A stretch of 61,668 nt of DNA, counting the filler, from Sphacelaria rigidula (Eukaryota): the NCBI GenBank assembly GCA_964200075.2. It is 8 parts of 8 records of this genome, joined end to end, with 100 filler letters (N's around TTAATTAATTAA, not from the genome) between each part and the next. Parts side by side here need not be neighbours in the genome. Positions count along the whole stretch, not along the records: positions 46,329 to 53,948 come from CAXNAA020014061.1; positions 54,049 to 61,668 come from CAXNAA020014062.1; 6 more parts are not named here. One strand, written 5' to 3'. Under the pieces are notes generated by a model. The model had not been told where the DNA came from, did not search any database, and saw nothing but the letters and a program-made list of their open reading frames with translations. A program made the translations under genes and the position numbers. Within the stretch, counting starts at the first letter, position 1, and every line of letters starts with the position of its first letter. Shown here one piece after another: positions 50,023-61,668 of this stretch.

Positions 50023-52150
50023 TCATTGTTGCGCAGGACCCCCGAGTGGATTTTGCTCCAGGTTAACAGTCCTGCACATTGACACATACAAAGGGAGCAG
50101 CGGCACGAATCGAAAACAGCCTGCGTAAAAAAACTGCCGCAGCGGCGGCGGCAGGGTGGGCGTGCGACGAACAAGCGATGGAGACACAAACTGCTCCAAA
50201 GAGACGAACAGCTACCACAAGTCGACGGGGTAATTTTGCTATGTACAAGGCTACAAGACTACCGGGCACCCCGCTGGATCAGTAGGCAACCTCGAAATCT
50301 CCCCACGGTTAGGACATGGGTTCGAGTCTCCATGAAGTCACACGATCCGGGACTTTTTCTCACATCATGCCCAACAGTGGAGAGCGACGACGTCGTGGGT
50401 ACACAAACCTTCCACTTCATGATAGACGCTAAAAAAGGACTACTACCCTGCGCAGATCGATGGCGAGGGCAAGACTCGCCGCGCTAAACAGTATCTCATT
50501 GAACAATCGACTGGGGGGGAAATTGGCTCAGATCCCGAAAGGGTGCGTGAGAATCGACTTTTACCAGGTCAATCAATGGAATCACCCAGCGGGAGGCACA
50601 ATTAATCTCTCATGTTCACAAGAGTGTAATTGCTATCCTTACTCGATGAGCTCCACCGACTGACTCGTACAGTAATAAGGCAATTGCGCTGCGGTGGCAC
50701 TCGACCGCATTCGGCGATGCATGAAGTCGGCTTCAAACCTCGCGGACAACCCGGTACCCTATTGCATCGTTTGTGTGATGCTAGCTGTTTCTGCGCGGGC
50801 TCCAGGGCAACGAAATGCTAGAGCGGAGCGACGGAGGACATGGGGTCCGCGAGTCAACGGTTATGTTGAACCCTTCATATGCTGGAGCTTGTACACCACT
50901 GTAGCTCTCACCAATTGTTGCTGTTTTTGTCCAACGTTGTATACATCTTGAGCTGTTGCAGTCCTTTCATCGCAATCTGCCGCTGTTCATCGACCTCCGC
51001 CGGATCAACTAAGGCGGCATTTTTCCGAAACTGCACGTCACGAAACGCGAAACAGGACGGTCATTGGATATAGTCAAAACGGCAATCAAATTCCCCACGC
51101 TGTAGAAGTGATGGGTAAAAAAACAAGAAACATCATGTGACCGCCGTTTACTGGGGGTGATGTGCGCCACCACAATACTGTCCTGGTTGACTTGGCTGCA
51201 GCGGTACCAGCGCACCGATTGTTGTGAGGAAAGGCACGTGTCTGGGCAAGGGCCAAACTAAGGTCTGTGACGATTTAAGAGATAACCAACTAGACTACAG
51301 ACCAGTCAGCGCACAGTCAGCGCCGCTGACTGGTCAGTAGTCTAGTTGGTTATCTCTTAAACCGTCACAGGTCCTGCCTAAAACAACAGTACAGTACGAT
51401 GGAGGCAATTCAGTGGGCGGCCACAAGCGATGTGCCACTACTGACACATAATACCCATAATAAATGTTAATAATTAATTAATCAATTAATTAAATTGAAG
51501 ATTGTTTGAGGATGGATGGTTGGATGGTTGATTTCTTTTTTTGAGCAAGGGAAAGACAATAATTGGGCAGTTGTTGAATATTGACTATTCAGTATACACA
51601 GCTGTTGGCGTGCGGAGTGTCTGCTGCGGTACTTTGTGCGAAACTACTCATCGTAACTGAAACGATACCCTCCGAATGGCTACATAATACAGAGCAATCC
51701 ATGGAGCGGCCACATCCGATGCGCACCGTTGCCGCAGAGATCGAGCAGCTACCGGACACGTGCTGAAATGCGGAGTATCCACTGCAGCATTTTGTGCGTA
51801 ACCATTCGTCACAAGTGCAACGGTATCCCCTGAATAGCTACAAGATCACTATACCGCTGGCCCATCATAGCACCCGATTATCAGCAATGCACTCACATCC
51901 CTCAGCTCTATTAGCCCACCTCAGCACGGGTAGGCTGAGCAGTTTATTGCTCCGTCCCGTAATGTGTGCCTGTATATCATATGTCATATAATGAGAAACA
52001 AGCCACTGGGTTTTTGCTATGCGATGTGGCAGGGTTACTCACCTGTACTTTTATCTCAGCGAGAACCTTATCTCGGCTTCTACTAGGGTACACACGCGCA
52101 TGCTTGATTATCTGGCGGTACAAGGACAGCATCTGCTCCCGCGTCGCCAT
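50023..52150 (-). CDS. Mitochondrial LYR-motif (Complex1_LYR) protein, complete, 91 aa
   Basis: Exons 52150-52043, 51030-50912, 50071-50023 (276 nt, GT-AG, in frame): MATREQMLSLYRQIIKHARVYPSRSRDKVLAEIKVQ|FRKNAALVDPAEVDEQRQIAMKGLQQLKMYTTLDKNSNNW|TVNLEQNPLGGPAQQ*. LYR tripeptide plus the downstream conserved F. Confidence 0.9.
51265..51370. repeat. 47-bp-arm near-perfect inverted repeat (hairpin or mini-MITE) in LYR intron 1
   Basis: ctgtgacgatttaagagataaccaactagactacagaccagtcagcg / cgctgactggtcagtagtctagttggttatctcttaaaccgtcacag; 2 mismatches, 12-nt loop. Confidence 0.9.
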
Positions 52151-52394
52151 GGTCTCCCCGAACACGTCATGTAGAACTACCCTACCGCCGGCTGCGGAAG
52201 GACAGGATTATGACAACACCTCAAAATTGAAAATAATTCGTATTATACGCGTGGTTTTGACACAACGCTGTGCCAGAACCCAGCCGGCACGGCGGAAAAT
52301 GTCCGTGCGACCGCCTACAGCCACCTGGAAACGCTTTGAGGGGGTCATGGATAGTTGATCGTCGTTTTTTTTCTTGCAATATCTAAAGAGTAGC
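52151..52394. promoter_or_regulatory. Putative bidirectional promoter (244 bp between the LYR and N6AMT1 start codons)
   Basis: Head-to-head ATGs at 52150 (-) and 52395 (+). Confidence 0.6.
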
Positions 52395-52549
52395 ATGAAA
52401 TCTTTGCCGAGTTTGGAGCACTTCGACTTTCGAGAGTACGAGCACTTCTACGAACCGGCTGAAGATACCTACCTGCTGGTCGACACCCTTCATTCCGAAC
52501 AGGATTTTATCCGCTCAACCGTGCAGCCTCGGCTTTGCCTGGAAATAGG
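52395..52549 (+). CDS. N6AMT1: HemK-family methyltransferase N6AMT1/HEMK2 (Mtq2), first exon
   Basis: MKSLPSLEHFDFREYEHFYEPAEDTYLLVDTLHSEQDFIRSTVQPRLCLEIG|gtaag: YEPAEDT.LL.D.L and the start of SAM motif I (LEIG). Not in the ORF track; remaining exons not found in the contig. Confidence 0.88.
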
Positions 52550-53948
52550 GTAAGCGCGAGTGAGCTTTACGAAAAAGGAAGTCTATTATATATCTGGATT
52601 GATCTGCGGGGGAAGCAATTGATGGTTTTCTCGTATGATACTGTCTGTTATGCGTTCGATATCATTCATGACAACACCGACTGCGACAGCTGGATACGTG
52701 CACAATGTGGTCCCTCTGCGGGCTGTCGATCTCACCGCACTTACATGTTTCTCGCTGAAGTTCCTCAGAGGCCACACAGTGAAACCTCCCACTACCCCCA
52801 TCCATGCACCCCCCTCTTTATAACTTTATTTCTGTCTCTCTCTCTTTCTATCTATCCATCCGTCTGCCTACCCCCCTCTCGTCCCCCCTCTCTGCATGTA
52901 TCTGTGTTTTTTACAGTGCTGTTGATTTGATGGCTCAAAGTTCGAAGGATGGGCAGCAGTCAGATCCATTATTATCGACACTGTTTCTTCGAAGATCTCT
53001 GAGTTTTTCAGGCACGTCGGACTCTGCGTTCGAGCTTCTCCGACAATGAAGCAGCGTGTTCAGCGTGTTTTTTTCTACGAACTTCCGTTTTGGGACGAAT
53101 CTGACTGTTTAGGAATACAACTCAGCAATTCGGAGAGCTACCCTGTGTTTACGCCGTGGCACTCACAAGCTTTCGAGTAGGATGATAGACAAAAAAGGTA
53201 CACTCTGGTGCTTTTAGGACACAAAGGGTAACAGGTTTTCGCTTTGGGGCGCGGCGCTTCACGCGGGCTGAACACCCCGAAAACACGTTCCAGCACTTCA
53301 GCCCCACGCCCAAGGTGTCTGGGCAGCATGCCCAACCGTTTTTTCATTATCACAAGTGTTACTAGGCTGAACTATGGCGCCGCAATTGAGAGCCTGTGAG
53401 AGTACCCTTTTTTGTAAACAATCCAGGAGGGTACAACCTGCCCTCTACCAAAAATTCAGAACAGTGGCCTAGAAAAAGTTCACCTTCTCGTTTTTTGCTC
53501 AAGAAAGGTACGAAAAATGGCCAGACACGCGAAAACAGCTAACAAAGCCATTCAGACCGTTTTTGCTCTGATTTTTTCACGCACATCACTCGGGGGGGCC
53601 CTTGGCATCCGGGCCTCGAAAAATAAACGGAAAAAAAACATGTTAGTCGCGACATAGAGCCACGCGAAAAAGGACGACTCGCCTCCTGAAACCGCTTCCC
53701 CCTTTTTAGGCACAAAATTCACCAGGTATACCTGATTCAGAAATTATTTTTCAATATACCTTATCAGGCCCACCGATCGGCCGATAACGCACCTGTGCTA
53801 CAGGCTGGTTCACGGTGATCACCCAAAATTGTATCATCAGCAAATGCCTTCCGCAATACGCACCTAATAGTAGCATATATGGTATCATACTGACCGCAAT
53901 GAAGAGACGAAGAGGGTGACATAGCCGGAGTTTTGTTGAAGGCCGTAG

Positions 53949-54048
53949 NNNNNNNNNNNNNNNNNNNNNNNNNNNNNNNNNNNNNNNNNNNNTTAATTAA
54001 TTAANNNNNNNNNNNNNNNNNNNNNNNNNNNNNNNNNNNNNNNNNNNN
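53949..54048. other. Artificial contig spacer
   Basis: N44-TTAATTAATTAA-N44. Confidence 0.98.
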
Positions 54049-54205
54049 AGAACTGTATCTCTTATATGCCCTTCACCCATATGTCATAATCCAATCACCA
54101 TATCTATTTCCAACTCATCCAGGCCTGTCCGCGTGTATCCAACATTGAGTGTGAGTATACTCGATTAGAATCACCACCTGCATCTTCCCGAAATTTCCCG
54201 AAAGG

Positions 54206-57200
54206 ATGGCTGTCTCGTCAAGCACTACCCTTTTGGCCGGGCTGGCCGTGATGCTGGCTACTGTGACGACGACTCAGGCACTGAGAATCGTCACGCCTTC
54301 AGAGGGCATGACTGTGGTTGGCGGCAGGTGGTGCTTTTACTCTTTCAGCAAAAGAAATTATTCCTTTCCCGGTGAAAAATACTTGGTCTGCACCCAATTG
54401 GAGGTGCCGTCTGGGGCGTTGCGGTGGACGACAGTCGTCTGTAGTACCTGTTGGCTGCTTGGTACTGCTTGTCTACTACACACTGTACTGTGCCAAGTCG
54501 CAGCTGCGTCGCACTGCACAGTCGCTCCCACTGATATACGCGAGCCATTTCATCGCCATGGCCACCTATGCATAATTCTATGAGCAGTGGTGGTGTATCT
54601 GCTGTGTTGGCTACTACTGTTGTGGTGCATGCCTGATACTGGAGGTATCTCAAACTCGATGGGCGCGTGGTCTCTGTAATGCGTGAGAGGGCTGCGTGCC
54701 TCAAGGACCGCGCTGTAGTTCAAAATACCTCAGTATAAATACAGGAGACATGATTTGAAATTTGGCATTGGCATCCACGCACAATTCCCACGAAACGGCG
54801 TCCGCTGCAAGTGCACACCGTACTGCAGAGCCAAGGGAGAGCAAGTATAATATTATAGTTGATTGAAGATCATGACAGCTCGCCGTAGCTCAAGGAAGAT
54901 GTTGGTAGTGCTGGCATGCAGTGTCCGCCGCGCCCCGGTGGTCTAACTTCAAATCGCGCGAGAGAAGGTGGGTTACGATTCCTCCCAGATGCCTTGGGTT
55001 TTCGAATATATGACTCCCACCGTCGAAAGGGGGTATACTCGAGAGTACAAGAGGTACCTGACTGGGTTTGAGTTAACACGAGCGTGAGTGCTGACCCAGT
55101 CCACGAGATGAACATGCAAGGCGTGTACCGGGTAGAGATGGGTCGATCCCTTGAGACCACGGACTCGTCGCGAAGAGGAGGAGTTCCAAGTGACGAGAAA
55201 AGAGGTGTAGTTACACAAGAGAACTCAGTAGACACTGTACGGCACGAATCGTATAGACTGTGCATCCTTAGCCTTGCAGGATGCTAACTTGATTCCAACG
55301 TTTCCTCTCGTGATGATTCTGATTCATCTGTGTTGTGTATGCTTTTTTGCAACAAATATCCTGTAGAGTGGACGGGCGCCTCGGCGGACGCGAGATTCGA
55401 GATCGACCTAACCTACTGCGGCTCCTACTCCTTCTGTTTTGATGTGAGTAAAGCACTTCTGAATACGGTGTAATGCGTGAGAGGACCGCGTGCTTAGAGG
55501 ACCGCGCCATTGCTCAAAATACTTCAGGATCAACGTTTTTCAAAAGCAATCGGGCCAGTCCCTGCAGGTACCATGCCCTTGACCCTAACCCCAACACTAA
55601 CACTAACCCTAACCCTAACTATAGGGATGCTCAAATTCTGATGCGGTCTTCTAAGCACGCGGTCCTCTCACGCATTACAACGGCATCATGATCGTTCATG
55701 TGCGCCTTCTCCCATCTTCAGCTACACGACGCAGTCGTGGTTGGTCACACGATCGAAAAACGCGATCCGACCGCTGCAGATGCCCGCAAGCGTATGCTAG
55801 CATTGTTGGGCGCGGATCATGTATTACCGTTCTAAGGTCGGAGTCATGCTATGACACGGGTTGCATATTTGGGCCCAGATCTCCCTCGTTCAAGGGTTCA
55901 AACGACATGATGCGCCATGGCATCCCCTTTTTTTCCTACCCTTGAGGGATATCCCTGGTCCATTGGAATGCTATTAATCGTGGCTTACTCTCAGATATTT
56001 CGTGGGGGGATTCAGGTAAGATAGAGGGCTCCTAACTGTTCGAACCTCAGAAAATATCTGTGCACCCCTCCTGCAGCACCACTCGTCATAGTTCCTTGGG
56101 CGGTAAGAAGGACTCGACTTTCTGCTTTTGCGGATCGAAAATGAGAGCATCCGTCGCCCGTATGGAAGCCAATTGGCTCTTGACCTTCCACCCCTCTTTT
56201 CCCACACCTCACTGATGCCCACACCCCTCCGTACCACAGACCCCAACCGACGGAGGCACTCCGCCCCTGCCCAGCCATTCCCCCCCTACCCGCGCCGCTC
56301 TACTCCCATGGTGCTGCGTCACGTCGTTGGAACTCGTTTCGTGTAAGGCGATCAAATGACCTTGCACAAATGCTCGCATGTGTGATGAACGGTTAGCCGA
56401 ACATCAACCGGATACTGCTTTGGTCGTTTTCATGGACGCCGTCCCTGCCTGTGCACAGGACAACTGCGGCTTTCTCTTGGAGAGCTTGTGCCCAGATGAG
56501 GAGGTAGGATGCGCCCAGGACGCGGATGATGGCTACAATGTGATGATGCCAGAGCCGCTGGGGAGGCAATCAAGCGGTGGCTACAGGGTGCGAATCGCCG
56601 AAATCGGGGGCGGCGCGGATTCGGTTCGGTGCTCAGACGACTTCTTCTTGATGGCATCCACGGATGTTTATATGACCGGACAAGTGGGCGGGCCTGGGCC
56701 TAGCTTGGCTGTGACATCTCCAACGGCTGACTCGGTGGCACTTTCCGGGGAGGAGTACACTGTCGAGGTGGGCAATTCGAAAAAATAGAGTTGCAAGGTA
56801 ACCAGCAAGTATTGTTTTTAGTACGTTACAGAGCACAGGAAAAATGGCTCACCTGCGCACATGGTCGTGGCATACAGTCTGTCCTCACGCCCGTTTCCGT
56901 GTGCATCTCGAAACTGTTGATGAACGACTCCCTCCCATCCCATCCCTCGGTCGCGTGTTGCGATTCAGTTTGACTATGACAACGGGTTCGGCGGTTCGGT
57001 TGGACGCTTCAAGATCGACCTGCACGCCAGCGGCGGGAACGGCGATTGCGGAGATTGGGCTGGGTCTGTGTGCAACAATCCAGACAGTGGCTGCAGAGAT
57101 TCGAGTGAGAGGCAAACACGACTATGCCTTTGTCCCGTTTTCCAAAAACATGGGTGATCTCAGCGTAGCCCGGAGCAAGGTTCGTTTTTCCCCCGACCTC

Positions 57201-57681
57201 GTCACACTTTGTATGAGAATTGTGTTTCATATGAGATGAGAAACGCAACTAGAGCGATGCTGGAAGCCACCACTAGCTTAACCGAAGCCTGCACGTTAAG
57301 CACACGCGTATGAAATTACATTTTGTACCACAGCACCCCATCCCCGTCGCGATCGGCATTGCACCTGCAAGCTGAGGTTGTGAAATACTTGACGTCCTGA
57401 ACGCCTCCTTACCAGCACTCCCGATCGCCCCCCTCGCTCCGTCCCCCCCGTGCTGTGTCGTTCTTTTTGTCTTCCGAGCAGCCGGCAACTACGACATCGT
57501 GATGCCGACCGTAGATCAAGCTGGCATGTACAGCATTCGCGTGGGTGTGTTCGGCGATGACTCCGTCTCCGCTTGCTCTGAGGAGTTCGAAGTGTTGCCT
57601 TCGAGCGATAGCATGCCGTCATCGAGCGATAGCATGCCATCGAGCAGCGCAGGCTCCGATGCTTTTGTGTTGAATCGGTAG
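54206..57681 (+). CDS. Secreted protein with two Cys-containing Ig-like repeats (brown-algal BIg / Kre9-Knh1-N-like), ~285 aa
   Basis: Exons 54206-54327, 55353-55443, 56459-56767, 56969-57104, 57482-57681 (858 nt, in frame). Signal peptide, then two repeats of V(T)SP..G....G..Y.VE[WF]...RF.IDL...CG....C.....GC.D....Y.VVMP....G.Y..R....D....CS..F. The exon-2 acceptor reads AA. Confidence 0.78.
54927..55203 (+). mobile_element. Diverged tRNA-derived SINE, copy E (intron 1 of the Ig-like gene)
   Basis: gccgcgccccggtggt head; body gactgggttt..gagtt..gagtgctgacccagtcc..cgtgtaccgggtagagatgggtcgatcccttgagaccacggactc. Confidence 0.7.
55466..55682. mobile_element. MITE containing telomere-like (CCCTAA)n; partial copy at ~54676-54735
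   Basis: TIRs gtaatgcgtgagaggaccgcgtgcttaga / tctaagcacgcggtcctctcacgcattac; ccctaaccccaacactaacactaaccctaaccctaac at 55583-55619. Confidence 0.8.
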
Positions 57682-59084
57682 TGGCACGGCCCCCGCCAAA
57701 AGTTGATGACGAGTGTCGGTTTTCTGGGCGCGATCACCTTCCTAGTCCCACCGGTGGATCTTGGGGACCAGAACAGCACATTCTGTGCTCGATGAGTGCC
57801 AGCCAGCATCTTGACTGCCCTGCGTCCTTTCTGAATGTTTGTTTTCCGAGCATCCGGCAACTACGCCATCGATTGAATCGGAACATCGGACAAGGTAGGC
57901 TGGTAGACGATACTGCTATCTTTGTGTTGATTATTGTGTTGAATCAGTGAGAGCCCGGTTCGCCCACGTTGTTGATGACGAAGTGTGGGATGTTTGGGGC
58001 GAGAGCACCTACCTGTAGTACAGGTGGAATCTGTAGACCAGTGCGGTACCTTCTGTGCCGGATGAGTGCCGCCAGCCTGTTTAACTTGGATCGGTATACG
58101 TGGGAACTTGAGACCTTTGCTACTCGTTTTTTCATGGTGGATTGCGTTCATGTAGCAGTGTGCGTCAACGGAACGCGTAACTCCAAACGGAATAGTTTGT
58201 TGAGTATGTGCTTACCTCGGTGAGAGAATGGTGTTGAGTGTTTGGCGCGGCGAGAAGGATGACTGGTTTAATGCTTCTCCTGATGCTGGGGTCACAAGAG
58301 TTGTGCCGGCCTCACAGATCAATGTGAACAATGTGACCCCTGGCTTCGACACACCCGGTAAATGATCTTTTCAGGACCTGAATGCTTGAGCGGAGCGCCG
58401 CAACCATCTGGAGGCTGTTTTCGTTTAGGTGGGGGGATATCATGGCGAAACCCGACTTGGACCCCGCCTCTCAGAAGAGCGGAAACAGTACCGATTCCGC
58501 AAGAAGCATGAATTCAAAATATAGTGGAGGGCGCCTGCTCAATGACCAGTAAGGAGGACAAACAAAACGAATGAAATTGAAAGTGCTGAGAAAATAGATT
58601 GGCAGCCAGGGTATGACCGGGACCATTCCGTAGGGCTGGGTATACCGGCACGTACTCGTACTCAAGGGTTCAAAGTGCTAGAAATAAAATCAAGTGATTA
58701 TGAAATCAAATAAAGCCACACTGGGATATCGGATGCCTTTCCCATCCCCCGTCCGTACGGGCGGCAGTTTCAACTTGTGGGCAGCCTGAAGTCGAAGTAT
58801 AGCCAAGACTCAACCAAGCACTTGCTGTCTCAACGTTCAAGTCAAACGGTTTCGAACAGCATGGTGAACACACAACAGATGCAGCTGCAAACACTGCAGT
58901 ACCACAACGTCGAATACCGTTTCCACGATTTGTCATAATTAAGTGAATTGCACCCCAAGTCAAGTAGGTACAATACTGGTACAAACCACATCAAACCCGA
59001 GCAGAGCTTCACGGAACATCACCAACAACTGTTTGGCCGCACTGTACATTTAGTGATTGCCGACGCCATACGTTCACTAGGAGG

Positions 59085-59215
59085 CGAGAGTGAGAGCTGA
59101 TTGATAAATCCACAATACAGAAGTGTCCTAAGGGTGCGGCGGGGGGGCTGGTTGATCCCTTGGGCGCACAGACTTCCCCAAGGGGGGCCAGAGGTTAGAA
59201 GTATGACGAAAAATA
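59085..59215 (+). mobile_element. Old 3' fragment related to the SINE body
   Basis: ggttgatcccttgggcgcacagacttccccaagggggg..gaggttagaagtatgacgaaaaa resembles the SINE 3' end. Confidence 0.45.
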
Positions 59216-61668
59216 CCCGTGTACGTAGACGCCACCGCGTTGAAGAGGGAAATTGCCACGAGTGTCTATCGAAGTCTCCTCACGTTCTGGTGTCGATTGG
59301 TGACACCATGAGATGACTCCGTATGAACCATGACCAAGAGATGCGGGGTTCTAATGGCGGCCTCCATCAATGTGAACAAAATACGAAACCCTCAAGGTCA
59401 ACTGGGCAAACCAAGGCTTGAGGGTGAAGAGGGATAAGACAGAGGGTGGGGGACTCGCAAGCGGTGCTGCAAACTCGCGGAGGAGTGTTGTGAGGAGACT
59501 GTTGCCTTGGCAACCAACAAACGCAGGAGACTCGTGAGCAGGAGATGCACAAATACCCTCAGCTCTAGCGGGTGAAAAGCGTTCCGTCGATAAGCCTTTT
59601 CTTCCGAAGAACGTGCAAAAAGACCTATTCATGATGAGATGGGGGCGCGCGGGGGGTGGGGTGATTCAGATACTACTAGATGGAGGCGAGTGCTTACAGC
59701 AGTTTCACTTCTTCGAACACACTCACATAAATAAAAGATGTATATACCGTCGTACGTAACGCCATACGAAACAATGAGCATATGCATTTGGGCCACTAAA
59801 GTTGGGGGGACGTTATGGACTACGCACCTTGAACATAGTTGTCACCGACATGCAAGAGGGGCAATCGAGGCGTTTCGAGTTCGTGTTTGTGTTCACAGAA
59901 AGTGCGGCCAAACGGTCAGCGGCATCCCCCCCCCCATCCTCGACCCCCTATGGGATTGGCGTCGGTTGACGATGACGCTGTAAAGCACGCGACGCACTGC
60001 GTAAGCTAGGCAATCGGGTTACCGATGGTTTTTGCGCTCTTGTGAATGGTGATCGAACGAGATCATATTGTGCGGCGTGGGGAACGAACTTCACCTCGGC
60101 GCAAAGGGGATGGTCGTACTACGTGGTGTGTCAGTTGTGAGACACCCATGGGGCGGCAAATAAGCTGTGGCTGTCTCTGGAAGGGGCGATACCAGAAAAT
60201 GAATTGCTCATCGGAGGCTTCCGCCCAAATGCAAGATAATTACTACGCTTCGGGCCACACGATCTTAGCAGAATGCCGTTCACCCTTCATGCGACTCGCC
60301 GAACACAACACAACGCTTCGCGCTTGGTGATTAATTGCAAGCCTAGTCCGGCGAAAACGCGGCATACTCCGTCCCGGCTTTGTAGGGATGCGAGGTCAAT
60401 GGTCTTACGACCACGGCATGCAAAGTCATGAGTACCCTCCCCCCCCGCCCTCTCCCTTCTCCGGAGCCATGCAACTTTCTGCTACTCTCCCAGCACGGAG
60501 CAATTTCCCTTCGAACAACACACACCGTGTCCAACTGAATCCAGTTTGATGCCGCCATATGAGTGAGACAAACGAGCGCTTCCCGCAATAGAACCCCTGC
60601 AAACCTACCAGGTGTACTGTACTGGAAACTGCAAACTCACAAGTCGATGGGATGCTCCAGTGATGAACTGTTTCCGTCGTTCCTTTGCACAACCCAGCCA
60701 GTGTGACCACACGGGTGTGCAGCTTAGCTTAAAGTCGAGATGATCAGTCCCGAACAAAACCGGAGGTGTCTCAACTCACGTGGATATCCCCGTACAAGCG
60801 TCCGAGATGTGTTGATCCTAATCCAAGCGCCTCAGCGGGAGTGGAGAACGTCTTCCCCAAAACTCCTCAAGAGAGGCTCAAAATCTGTCAGGATTAAACT
60901 GTGTGTAGTACCCTGAACGTGTCGCAGGTGCAGACGCCACCGCTGCTAAGCTGATCGGGAGAAGGATGTAAACGCAAAGTACGGAGCTTGTATTGATGGT
61001 TCCCGAGGACGTGGAGAGAAGAGTAAACAAGCCTGAAATTTGGAGAGGAGGTGTAAACCGACCACTTGAAGACCATACATATAGGGATGGTGCTGGTTTC
61101 ATGTTGATTGGAGTCAGGTTCACGGTTTTGAATTTCCGGGGGGAAACTAACTACTCCAATTTCCGGGAAGACAGTAATTAACAAAACAAAGCTAGAGATG
61201 ACCTTCAAATTGTTGATAGGCATCTCCCCTCAAAATATCGAGTCCTGACTATCTACCTTCGAGCGACGAGCTCCGCTTCTTCAGTGGCGTCCGCGCTTTG
61301 CGGCAATTTTGTCTCATCTGCTGGCATATACATCAGCAAAATCGCCCGATTTTCTCCCCTTTTATTGTTCAACAACACCACAATACATTGCCTTCGTACA
61401 ATACTCGATGCGCCGCTGATACGGTGCACGCTCTACAAGCAGCGTACACATTTTACGGCGGAGCGAGCTTCTCTCGTTTTTCGTTGATTACGCTCATAAT
61501 GTATTGATATGTTGTCAAGAAATGATATATGTCTATTCATTTAATAGTCAACGTTCAAGAGCATTAAGGCGTTGTCATAGTTGCAGCCTGGCATGCGGAA
61601 TGTTACACACAGAAGAGTCAACAGCCGATTCTCGAAAATGGGGTTGAAAACAAATGAGGTTCAACTCA

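Noticed and set aside
58200..61300. Degenerate coding-like region at the end of contig 8
   Set aside because: Short ORFs on both strands with no recognisable motifs; probably old TE debris but cannot be supported.

Overview
Eukaryotic, intron-rich, repeat-rich DNA, most likely from a brown alga (Phaeophyceae). That assignment is inferred from gene structure, repeat landscape and a brown-algal-type Ig-like repeat protein. The window is NOT one locus. It is 8 contigs of 7622, 7622, 7621, 7621, 7621, 7621, 7620 and 7620 bp, sorted by size and joined by 100-bp N44-TTAATTAATTAA-N44 spacers, so nothing can be inferred across spacers. Genes reconstructed by hand: a complete 7-exon ARFRP1 small GTPase (10847-14579, +), internal exons of a formin FH2 gene with a probable GC-AG intron, the 3' end of an SLC35A-type nucleotide-sugar transporter, a complete 3-exon LYR-motif protein gene head-to-head with exon 1 of N6AMT1/HEMK2, and a secreted tandem Ig-like (BIg/Kre9-like) protein gene whose exon-2 acceptor reads AA instead of AG. 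Mobile DNA: a multi-copy tRNA-derived SINE family, a hAT element with an 8-bp TSD, several MITE/foldback families, a decayed kinase next to a Mutator-like transposase remnant (contig 5), and a long decayed spliced ORF (contig 6). The C-terminal part of that ORF shows the motif order of a divergent C5-cytosine methyltransferase; this is the most interesting but most tentative signal. Most ORFs in the supplied track are spurious.
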